A DNA stretch of 64,000 nucleotides, taken from IMG/VR virus record IMGVR_UViG_3300032092_000009, positions 1 through 64,000 of that record; one strand, written 5' to 3'. Under the pieces are notes generated by a model, which was not told the origin of the DNA, made no database searches, and worked only from the letters and a program-made list of their open reading frames with translations. The position numbers and the translations under genes were made by a program. The DNA is from a virus. Lineage: Duplodnaviria; Caudoviricetes. Positions 27,807 to 37,200 of this stretch are shown piece by piece (position 1 is the stretch's first letter; the number at the start of each line of letters is the position of its first letter).

Positions 27807-28345
27807 ATTTAAGATTATTTACCTACCAAGCCAAAAGTTCGCTTAGCATTAGATAGAGCATCTTCTGGTTAAAGAAGATGGTAATAAAAGAGAAGAGAGA
27901 TATAAGAGAAGAAGTAATCTATATAAGGGTTAAGTACCTTATAGTCCTTTTAGGGTTTTATTCTTTCTTTTAGTTCCTTTATAAGCCCTTATTTTACATA
28001 TTGTGCATATCACAGCATAAAGCGTTTTAAAATAGCCTATTTTGTCTAGTAAGTTAGACACTCCATTGGTGTGGTCCCCTTTTCTCGAGTACCCATTTTT
28101 ACCCATTTTTGCCCACTTTTTACCACTTCTTCCTACTTTTCACCCCTTCAAAAGTTAAACAAAACTGCCTTTGTCTCGAAAAATACGGGGGTTAGACAAA
28201 AAAAAGTTAAACAAAACCTGTTTTTAGCCTATTCTGTGACAATTCTATGACAATGTCGCAATATGGTCACAATATGTGCTCATAGTGAGTGAGTAGAAAA
28301 TACTCATAGTAACTCTTCGTCCCTTCTTCTCGCTTCGTTAACTAA

Positions 28346-28369
28346 AGAAGGGGTCCGAAGACCCCTTTC
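28346..28369 (-). terminator. intrinsic terminator
   Basis: AAGGGGTC-CGAA-GACCCCTT (UUCG loop on the minus strand) just after the stop of 28371. Confidence 0.75.
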
Positions 28370-28370
28370 A

Positions 28371-28922
28371 TTAATCTTGTTCTGCCTCTACGGCTACAGG
28401 TGTAACCACGTTCTCTTGGATAGCGTCCAAGTTGGTGGCTACGTTTCTAACGATGATGTCTTTCATCTCTGCACTGTAGGCACGGAGGAATGACTTACGG
28501 TAGATTGCTTTACCGTTGTTAAGGATACGAGCACCTGAGCGGTCTTTCTTGTAGTTGCTTTCGTAGACTACGGCTTTACCTTCTGCGTCCTTACCTACAA
28601 CACCTAAAGCCATTGCTTCGGCTAATGATGTTGTCTCGATAACTTGGATACTGAAGTTACGGTCTACCAACTCTGATAGATTTACGCCTAACTGTACAGG
28701 GGAATCTTTATCACCTGTGATAGTTGAGGCATCCATTCCGAAGACTTTAGCGAACTTTTCATTCCCGAAAACCTGAATACAGGTCTTAGACCACTCGCTA
28801 CTGTTATCAGTAAAGAGGTTCATTGGGTTGTCGTTCTGAATACCGCAAAGTACAGAGATGGAGTTTGCTTTGTTGCGCCAAGCGCTAATAGCAATGATGG
28901 GAGAAATAGATGGGTTAAACAT
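28371..28922 (-). CDS. hypothetical protein (probable start MFNPSISP)
   Basis: Long ORF with its own terminator; G..IYRKS motif; acidic tail. Confidence 0.65.
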   Translation of the reverse strand: MFNPSISPIIAISAWRNKANSISVLCGIQNDNPMNLFTDNSSEWSKTCIQVFGNEKFAKVFGMDASTITGDKDSPVQLGVNLSELVDRNFSIQVIETTSLAEAMALGVVGKDAEGKAVVYESNYKKDRSGARILNNGKAIYRKSFLRAYSAEMKDIIVRNVATNLDAIQENVVTPVAVEAEQD

Positions 28923-29007
28923 AGTACTACCGAGAAGAGAATATCCAAAGGCAATGTATCGAACAAGGAAGGAAAAGACCACGTTAATTGAAGGGAAAGA
29001 AAGAGGC

Positions 29008-29145
29008 CTAAGCCTCTATCCACTCAATACCCTTATGAGTCTTTACTCTGTACTTGGTGATAACTCCCCTTACAGATATGCGACCAAGGATTTGTCCGTA
29101 TGGTAAGCGTCTGCCTACGATAGGTAATGGTTTAAGTATGTTCAT
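29008..29145 (-). CDS. small basic protein (45 aa, not in ORF track)
   Basis: MNILKPLPIVGRRLPYGQILGRISVRGVITKYRVKTHKGIEWIEA, preceded by the CTCTTCTCT motif. Confidence 0.5.
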   Translation of the reverse strand: MNILKPLPIVGRRLPYGQILGRISVRGVITKYRVKTHKGIEWIEA

Positions 29146-29182
29146 AGAACAGAGAAGAGAAAAAGGGGATGTTAATCCCCTG

Positions 29183-29596
29183 TTAGAAGTTAAAAGGCTC
29201 TTTTATTTTCCTTACTGCCCAAGGGTACCTCTGCTTAATTAGACTTACTATATGTTCAGACCAGTTGATTGAGAGGTTCTCGTAAGCCCAAATGAAGTTT
29301 CTAGGGTAAGTCTCAATACACTGCTCTACTGTAAGCGAGTTAAGTTCAGGCTTCTTGAAGAACCAGCACTTATTATTAAGCATAGTTCTATTACGTTTAG
29401 ATGTTCTGTAGATAGTTTCTCCATTAGCGTAAGTTCTTTTGGGAACATCAGATATCCTTTCTTTAAACTTGTTGAGGTCTTCTTTGGCTACCCACTTAAC
29501 TTCATCTAATCTCTTTCTTGTAAGGTCACTCTTAGGTCTTTCTCTAAGAGCAAGCATTGCTTGAGTTCTTTCTTTTATAGTCTGTGTGTTTATCAT
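29183..29596 (-). CDS. hypothetical protein (start MINTQTIK)
   Basis: ATG at 29596 preceded by the CTCTTCTCT motif. Confidence 0.6.
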   Translation of the reverse strand: MINTQTIKERTQAMLALRERPKSDLTRKRLDEVKWVAKEDLNKFKERISDVPKRTYANGETIYRTSKRNRTMLNNKCWFFKKPELNSLTVEQCIETYPRNFIWAYENLSINWSEHIVSLIKQRYPWAVRKIKEPFNF

Positions 29597-29798
29597 GAAT
29601 GAGAGAAGAGGAAAAAATGGGACTATAAGTCCCATTCTTTGGCTGCATAGTAAGCAGCAAACGCTCTTGTTACACCCTGCTTACGGAAGTATCTGTAGGT
29701 GTCTAAGAACTCTCTCTCTAATCCATAGGACTCTGCTATGTAGTAGTGCTCAGGAAATTGATCTATCATAGGCTAGAGAAGAGAAAAGATAGCCGAGG

Positions 29799-30284
29799 CT
29801 ATCTTGTAATTCTCCAGTACATTCTCTCTAGTAGCATTAGCATTACACATGGTATCATCCAACCAATAGCAAAGCTATACTCTACCACCGTAGTGAACTG
29901 CTCACCATACTCGGCAATCATTCCTGACTTGCAGTATTTTATCATGAACATTCCTGCACTCATCCACATAATACCACCAACTGCCGCAAAGGCAATCAGT
30001 GCAATCTCTATTATTCTTTTCATAAGCAAGAGAAGAGAAAATTGGAAGGCTTAGAACCTTCCAAAATTCCTGTAACTGTTAGCTGCATCCCTGAATTGAT
30101 CTCTCAACCAGAATAAGAACATGCCTGTCATACAACCAATACATACTACAATGAAAGCATCCACCACAGTTTCTTCTTTCTCCAAGTATTGACAAGTACA
30201 CAACAACACAAGTACAACTACACCAAGACCTACACTACACAATGTAGCTAGTCTATCATATTTTTTAGCTAGATTATTCATCAT
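29799..30284 (-). CDS. two small membrane proteins (29799-30023, 30051-30284)
   Basis: Each has two hydrophobic segments. Confidence 0.55.
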
Positions 30285-30461
30285 ACAGAGACGAGTTTAT
30301 CCGAGTTAGTTTTTAGACGGGGGTACATCGACCTGTTTTTTACAGGACGGGGGGTTGGATGTAGTATCCCCTACCCTCTCATAGATATAATTAAAGTGGC
30401 GGGGGTTGAAAATTTCGGAAAGAAAATCTGGAAAATCTGTTTTAGACTTATCTTCGTGATT

Positions 30462-31043
30462 ATGAAAAAACTAATCTTTATTTTATCTTTATTTCTCTTC
30501 CTAGAAACCCACGCTCAAACCCTGCGAGATTCGGTATTCGTTAAAACCTCTATATACTCTTGTGTCTACTCAGAGATCTTACAACAACCTAAGAGAGTTT
30601 GGTACACTGTTCAGTGTCCTAATGGAAGTTATCCTAGAAAGGGAATGGACTTCTACACTAACGACTCTATTAAAACAAGTGATGGAAAGGACTATGAGGC
30701 TAATGTATGGGATAAGGGACATTGTGCTCCAGCAGCTGACTTTAATTGCGATAGAGAGCGTCTATGGGCTACGTTTTCGTATTTAAATTGTGTTCTTCAG
30801 CACGAAAGATTAAACAGAGGTGCTTGGAGACTATTGGAGGTAAGAGAAAGAGAGCTTTCTAAGTCTCAGAGTGTCGAAGTAGAGATCAAAATGGTCTACT
30901 CTAAAACAAGTCTAAGATTACCAACAGGAGCTACTATCCCTGATGGGTTCCTAAAAACCATTAAGTACGGTAAAGTAAAAGAAGTTTACTACTTTAAGAA
31001 CGAAGATCCAGGTACTACAGATTATTTAAGATTCAAGAAATAA
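30462..31043 (+). CDS. secreted DNA/RNA non-specific endonuclease (NucA/EndA-like)
   Basis: Signal peptide MKKLIFILSLFLFLETHA-Q; WDKGHCAPAADF, TFSYLN, LNRGAWRLLE and IP..F.K motifs. Confidence 0.88.
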   Translation: MKKLIFILSLFLFLETHAQTLRDSVFVKTSIYSCVYSEILQQPKRVWYTVQCPNGSYPRKGMDFYTNDSIKTSDGKDYEANVWDKGHCAPAADFNCDRERLWATFSYLNCVLQHERLNRGAWRLLEVRERELSKSQSVEVEIKMVYSKTSLRLPTGATIPDGFLKTIKYGKVKEVYYFKNEDPGTTDYLRFKK

Positions 31044-31519
31044 TGTATATAGATAATTTAAAAGAACACAGCTTGATTCAGGGACTCCTTAAAAGACTTC
31101 CTAGAGTAGACCCTTATGTAACCCTTGCGATAAATGTCTCTCCCGATTACTCGTCTAATGTGACCATGCAAATAGCCCACCACCTCTCAGAAGGAGGAAA
31201 GATGCTAGACTTGTTTCATTTAGATGTTCCTTACCCTGGAGAAAAGAGAGATAGTTACGAGTACGAGTTTAAGCGAAACAGCGTTTTGATCCCTTACAAG
31301 TATGATAAAATAATTTTAGTAGAAGCAGCAGTCCTCTCAGGTAATAATTACACTTGGATCAAAGAAAAACTCTTAGACATGGGCTACGAGAACGATGATA
31401 TCATTACAGTAGCTCTCCTAGAGATGGAATCTAGTAAGTTTAAATGTGACTTTGTCGGAGAGTATGTGAGTGATATGCCAGAGTTCTACTGGGAGAGATA
31501 TAATAAACATTGGGATTAA
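31043..31519 (+). CDS. phosphoribosyltransferase-fold protein with atypical PRPP loop
   Basis: KIILVEAAVLSGNNY aligns with the VLLVDD...TG.T motif; C-terminal DFVG...FYWE. Confidence 0.55.
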   Translation: MYIDNLKEHSLIQGLLKRLPRVDPYVTLAINVSPDYSSNVTMQIAHHLSEGGKMLDLFHLDVPYPGEKRDSYEYEFKRNSVLIPYKYDKIILVEAAVLSGNNYTWIKEKLLDMGYENDDIITVALLEMESSKFKCDFVGEYVSDMPEFYWERYNKHWD

Positions 31520-31552
31520 GTACAGTTTAGCCCTAGTTTAGCTCCAGTTTAC

Positions 31553-31582
31553 TTGACTTATTTTTTATAAACTCTATTTTTG
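31553..31582 (+). promoter_or_regulatory. Bacteroidota sigma-70-type promoter
   Basis: TTGAC at 31553, 19-nt spacer after TTG, TATTTTTG at 31575. Confidence 0.65.
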
Positions 31583-31732
31583 TAATTAGGGAAAGGTCTG
31601 TGTTGTTTGGAGTTACGATTTCTTTTGTGACTAGTTTCTTTAGCCATTTTTTATGGAGGGTTGCTAGGTAGGGATTAGATCTTTCTCCTTTCATGTTGCC
31701 CTACCTACACCCTCTTTTTTTATTCCCTTTTT

Positions 31733-32107
31733 ATGAGAAACAACTTCTTTCAGACCACAGGATACTCTACAGCACTTGTAGAGGTTATCATTAAGGGGTT
31801 CTCAGAGAAGACTTATGTTTGTCCTCACGATTGGCAACAGCTATATCATAATAAGGAAAGGATAAACATCAAAATCCGAAGAGAAGGCCATAGATGGTTT
31901 GTTCTTCTTAGAGGTGGAGATAACTACGGAGGGGAGTTTGAGACCCAAGTAATCGAGGATAACTCGGTAACTTGCTCCAAACCCAGATTTGAGGGACCCT
32001 ACCAGAAACTAGGATTCCTAAAGTACGAAGGACAGTCAGCTAAAGGAACCTTCTTAGAAGACGGTTATATTTTAAACGAAGAAGGTCAATACATAGTATA
32101 CGAATAA
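31733..32107 (+). CDS. hypothetical protein (tail region)
   Basis: ORF at the head of the structural operon. Confidence 0.6.
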   Translation: MRNNFFQTTGYSTALVEVIIKGFSEKTYVCPHDWQQLYHNKERINIKIRREGHRWFVLLRGGDNYGGEFETQVIEDNSVTCSKPRFEGPYQKLGFLKYEGQSAKGTFLEDGYILNEEGQYIVYE

Positions 32108-32119
32108 ACAAAATTAGTT

Positions 32120-32728
32120 ATGAATTATAAAGTTTCCCAACTACAACCCCTAACAGGACCTGAGATTGCGGGAGAAGACCTCTTATTATTAATAGATGTC
32201 AATCCTACAACTGGAAACGTGCGTTCTAGGAAAGTTAAAGTAGAGGATTTGGTAGACTTTCGTCTTCTTAATTCTAGTTTAACAAATTTTGTGCTTCTGT
32301 CAGGAGCATATGCTGATCCTTCTTTTATTACTTCGTTAGATTGGGCTAAAATAATAAACACTCCCGACACTCTAGACGGATACGGTATCACAGACGCCTA
32401 CACTAAGACTGAAGTAGACGACCTTATCGACACCGTAACAGGTAACGAAGTGGTCTCTATGTCTATCACAGGAGCTGAAACTAAGACGTTAAATCTTCAC
32501 CAAGCTGATGGAGATACTGTAAGTGTTTCATATACAGACACTTACACTTTTACTCAACCTACTCCTTCTGATACTTGGGTAGTAACCCACAACATGAACA
32601 AATTTCCTTCTGTAAGTATCGTAGACTCAGCAGGAAACATCGTAGAAGGAGATACTATCTATAACACGTTAAACTCCTGTACTTTAACTTTTCAGGGATC
32701 GTTCAGTGGTAAAGCTTACTTTAACTAA
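32120..32728 (+). CDS. virion tail-associated protein
   Basis: PDTLDGYGITDAYTKTEV fibre motif; W.VTHNMNKFPSV...FSGKAY C-terminal domain. Confidence 0.7.
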   Translation: MNYKVSQLQPLTGPEIAGEDLLLLIDVNPTTGNVRSRKVKVEDLVDFRLLNSSLTNFVLLSGAYADPSFITSLDWAKIINTPDTLDGYGITDAYTKTEVDDLIDTVTGNEVVSMSITGAETKTLNLHQADGDTVSVSYTDTYTFTQPTPSDTWVVTHNMNKFPSVSIVDSAGNIVEGDTIYNTLNSCTLTFQGSFSGKAYFN

Positions 32729-32766
32729 AAACAAAATAAAATAAAAATAAATTAAACTAAATAGCT

Positions 32767-34200
32767 ATGGCAAAAAAATTCTTAACAGCGATAGACCTCA
32801 ACAAATGCGAACTGCAGAATGCGGTCATCCAAAACTTAGGTACTGCACCTGGATCTCCCAATGCAGGTCAAATTTACTTCAACTCTACCACTGGAGACAA
32901 ATCTATCTACTTCTATGACGGAACTGCGTGGGTAGACGTAGGGGGTGATTTAAGGTCGATTGTTGCAGGTAATGCTATCTCAGTATCTGGAACAAGAGAT
33001 ATTACCGTAAACGTCCTCTATGACAACTCTTCTATTGGATTAAACGGATCTAACCAACTTATTATTAAGGCAGGTGGTGTAACTAACACAATGTTGGTTA
33101 ACTCTTCTCTCTCAGTAGTTGCTGGTGCAGGTCTTACTGATGGAGGTTCTGTTGCTCTTGGAAGTTCTGTAACTCTTAACATTGGAGCAGGCACAGGTAT
33201 TACTGTAAATGCTGACAGCGTTCAGTTGGACACCAGTTCTACTCGTAACACTGATCACTCTGCAGTTACATTGACAGCAGGTGCAGGTTTGACAGGTGGT
33301 GGAGATATTACAGCTTCTCGTACTTTTGCAGTAGGTGCAGGAACAGGTATCACAGTTAACGCAGATGACATTGCGATTACTGGTGCTGGTGCATTGACTA
33401 ACAACTACTTAACTAAGTGGAACGGAACTGGCTTTGCTAACTCTACTATTACAGATGACGGAACTACTGTAACTATTGGAGGTAACTTAACAGTTAACGG
33501 TAACATTACTTACGTTAACTCTAACACAGTTGAAATCGGTGACTCTATTATTCTTCTTAACAGAGATGAAACTGCTGCTCCTTCACAGAACGGTGGTATT
33601 GAAATCGAACGTGGAACAGCAACTAACGTTTCTTTCATCTGGAACGAAACTAATGACTACTGGTCTACTGTAACTGAGCCTTTCCATATTGGTTCTATTG
33701 CTGACGCTACCTCTGCTTACACAGGTAACAAATACTTGGTAAGTGACGGAGGTGTAGTTAAATACTTGAGTGCTGCTGACTTGGCAGGCGATGTAGTAAC
33801 AGGTATTACAGTTACAGGCTCTAACGGAGTTTCTGTTTCTGGTTCTGGAACTACCACTATTGCTATCTCTGGTACTAACGCTACTACAAGTGCAGTCGGA
33901 GTTGTTGAATTGGCTACTACAGCCGAAGCTTTGGCTATGGCAAGTTCTACTTTGGTAGTTACTCCTGCAGGTTTGGCCGCTTTGCGTTATGCAGTAACTG
34001 GTCCAGCTACTTTAGCTTCTTCTTTGGTAGTGACTCACAACTTGGGTACTAGTGATGTTATCGTACAAGTTTACGAAGTAGCTACAGGAGCTGATGTAGA
34101 GTGTGATGTAGTACGTACAACTACTAACGTAGTTACTCTAGGATTCTGTACTCCTCAAGCAATCAATAGCTTGAGAGTATTGGTAATCAAGATTGCTTAA
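32767..34200 (+). CDS. tail fibre/tail protein
   Basis: AGAGLT.GG and GAGTGITVNAD repeats; GIEIERG, GVVELAT and VTHNLGT motifs. Confidence 0.75.
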   Translation: MAKKFLTAIDLNKCELQNAVIQNLGTAPGSPNAGQIYFNSTTGDKSIYFYDGTAWVDVGGDLRSIVAGNAISVSGTRDITVNVLYDNSSIGLNGSNQLIIKAGGVTNTMLVNSSLSVVAGAGLTDGGSVALGSSVTLNIGAGTGITVNADSVQLDTSSTRNTDHSAVTLTAGAGLTGGGDITASRTFAVGAGTGITVNADDIAITGAGALTNNYLTKWNGTGFANSTITDDGTTVTIGGNLTVNGNITYVNSNTVEIGDSIILLNRDETAAPSQNGGIEIERGTATNVSFIWNETNDYWSTVTEPFHIGSIADATSAYTGNKYLVSDGGVVKYLSAADLAGDVVTGITVTGSNGVSVSGSGTTTIAISGTNATTSAVGVVELATTAEALAMASSTLVVTPAGLAALRYAVTGPATLASSLVVTHNLGTSDVIVQVYEVATGADVECDVVRTTTNVVTLGFCTPQAINSLRVLVIKIA

Positions 34201-34252
34201 TTTAATTAATATCTTATCTTTGCTAGGGGCCTAAAAACCCCTAGCTTTTTTT
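34193..34252 (+). promoter_or_regulatory. promoter (TTG-N19-TATCTTTG) overlapping a terminator-like hairpin
   Basis: TTG at 34193, TATCTTTG at 34215, then GCTAGGGG...CCCCTAGC followed by T7. Confidence 0.55.
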
Positions 34253-34268
34253 GATTCTAAACAAACAC

Positions 34269-37200
34269 ATGAAGTCACTCAGCAGCAAAACCTACCAATG
34301 TGGAGTAACCATACAAGGTTTAACTACTCTTGCAGGAACTACTTATCTTACAGGAATAACCAATACAACTAGTTGGGAACACGTCATTGTAGGCACAACA
34401 GCCCAAGGACAGATTTACACTAGAACTTACGCTCAGTTTATGACTGACGTAGCTACAGGAATAGGTTTGAGTGGCTATGTTCCTACTTCTAGAACTCTGT
34501 CTATTAACGGAACTACTTACGATCTTACAGCTAATAGAAGCTGGACAATTGATACAGTTGCCTACACTTCTAGATTGCAACACCAAGTTAAAGCTGGTGT
34601 AGCAATTAATAAGGGTCAAGCAGTTTATGTAACAAGTGCAGATGGAACCAATATGATTGTTGGTTTGGCTTCTAATGCTTCTGAGGCTACTTCTAGTAAG
34701 ACTATGGGTCTTTTAGATGCCACAGTTGTTATTAACGGTTTTGCTAACGTAGTTACAGAAGGTCTTTTAGCAGGATTAGATACCTCAACAGCAGGTTCTG
34801 AGGGTGATCCTGTATGGCTAGGAACAGGTGGTAACTTGATTTATGGCCTAATTAATAAACCTTACGCTCCTGCTCACTTAGTTTTTATTGGTATTGTAAC
34901 CCGTAAAAACATCAATAACGGAGAGATTTTTGTAAAAGTTCAGAATGGATTCGAACTAAATGAAATTCATGACGTAGATTTAAAGACCACAGTGCCAGTA
35001 AACGGGCATATTCTTGGTTTTGATGGAACTCTTTGGGTAAATAAAACAATTGCAGGTTGGTTAGGATACACTCCAGCTAACGCAAGTGGTACTACTAACT
35101 ATCTTTCTAAGTTCACAGGAGCTAATACTCTAGGAAATTCTAAGATTGTAGATAACGGTAGTAACATTCAGTTCTTAGTAAACTCCCAGAATGCAAACTC
35201 TAAGTTTTATATGTCTCCTGTACACTCAGATGGACGTATTAATCTTAATGCAGTAGCTGGAACTAATGACTACACTATCTTAAGAACTTGGCATACAGGA
35301 AACACTGTAGGTCTAGGAAATGGTTCTACTTTTGGGTCTGCTTTGAGTACGTATTATGATTCTGTTCTTATAGGAACTAGTGGTGCTCTTTACTTTATGA
35401 ATGGTACTTTTGGACCATTAAACGTACCCTATCGTTTAGGAATTACTACAAGTTCTACAATTACTTACTTTAGTACTGGTGTTGAGAACAATACAACTAA
35501 CTTAGAGTCTAATGCTTTTCAATTTACAGCTAAAGCTCATACTTTTTATACAGGAACTACTACTGGTAATCAATCTAGCCCTAATCAGTATACTCCTCTT
35601 TTCCTTTCTACTGCAGGTAACGTAGTAGTAGGAAGTACAACAGATTCAGGTTATAAGTTGGATGTAGCGGGAACTGGAAGGTTTACAGGTAACCTTACCG
35701 TAAGTACAGGTGGATCAGGAACAAATACATTTAATGGAAACGTAAACTATTTATTTGCTAACCAAAATAATGTTTATGGATTAGTAGATCTGCAAAACGC
35801 AGCAGGTCAAAGCGTATTTTTTAAAGTAACAGGTACTCCAACCGCAGGAACTGGCTTTGATTATTTTTGGATATCAGGAACAACCACATCTAGTACCGTA
35901 GGAACTGTTAGGAATATATTCAATGTATCTCCTACCTATAACTTAACAGGAGCATTTACTGGAATAATGAGGGGATTTTATTACAATCCTACATTAACTT
36001 CTATGACTGGTGCGACTCACAGAGGAGTAGAAATTGCTTCAGGAGATTTTGTTTGGGGTAACGGGTACTCTTCAATTTATGGAGACAGTATTGAAGGATT
36101 TGTACAGTTTCAATCTTCAGGTAATAGTACTAAGATCTGGATAAGACCCTCAAGTAACCAAGGAGGATTTAATGGTAATTACTGGGGTTATCTAGAAAAC
36201 TCAGGATATACTACTACTCTTAAGTCAGGCGGATATCAAGATTTAAGTCTAGCTGGTGAATCTATTCGATTCAAGAATCAACACCTAGTTGAGCATGCAA
36301 GATTTGCCTCAAGCACTAATAACTTTTTAATTGGAACAGCTACTGATAGTGGATATAAACTAGACGTTAACGGAACAGCAAGAATAAACTCAAGTTTATA
36401 TGTAACTGATCCTGCTTATACAGGTGCTGGACGTTTTTACCAAGCTGCAAATGCTACTACGATTATTAGTGGTGGTCCTGCTGGTGAAAACATTACATTT
36501 GGTCCTTCTAACAGAGTCTTTATTAACGCTGGACAAAGTCGTTTTCCAGGGGGGTCTGTACAGATAGCAGCGTCACTTACTTTGGGTAGCTTAAATGCCA
36601 CTGGTACTAATATGCTTCTAATGCAAGGAAGCGTTACTGCTGGATCTGCTCTTGGAAGAGGTATAGGTATGGAGACTAGTTTGATAGCGGCTGCTAATAA
36701 TGACGTATTAGTAGGTTTAGATGTCAATCCTACATTTACTAACGGAGCTTTTACAGGAGTAACAAACTATGGAGCAAGAATTACTTCAAGTATTGGAAGC
36801 GATGGAACAAATCTTTACAGTGGATTTGTAACAAGAATACAGAACACTAAAGACTACGATAACGTAAATGGTGTTCTTCTTTTGGTTAATCAGAATGGAG
36901 GTGTACCAGGATATTTCATAAGAGCCGTAAATGCACAAGGAGGAGGTCAAACTAGATTCTATGTTGATGGAACTGGTGGACTTTATAGCATTGGAAATGG
37001 AACTTTTGGAGGAGATGTAGTAACTACTAAAGTACGTTGGAATACTGATGGAGATGGTTGGATTGGTGATGGAGGATTAGATGGTACGTTCATGGTTGTT
37101 ACTAATGGAACAGAACGTTACAGAGTAACTCCTAATGGAAATCTTCTTATTGGAACGACTACAGACTCTGGATATAAGTTAGACGTAGAGGGTAATGTTA

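Noticed and set aside
23238-28345. CRISPR array in the non-coding regions
   Set aside because: No identical direct repeats at regular spacing.
764-30054. Plus-strand short ORFs in the left arm (e.g. 764, 1227, 2743, 4154, 5912, 9385, 21783, 25890, 27047, 29746)
   Set aside because: They lie antisense to well-supported minus-strand genes and have no recognisable motifs.
30396-30461. N-terminal extensions given by the ORF track (30396, also 34251, 59476, 28982)
   Set aside because: Downstream ATGs give a clean signal peptide or follow promoter/terminator elements, so the longer starts are unlikely.
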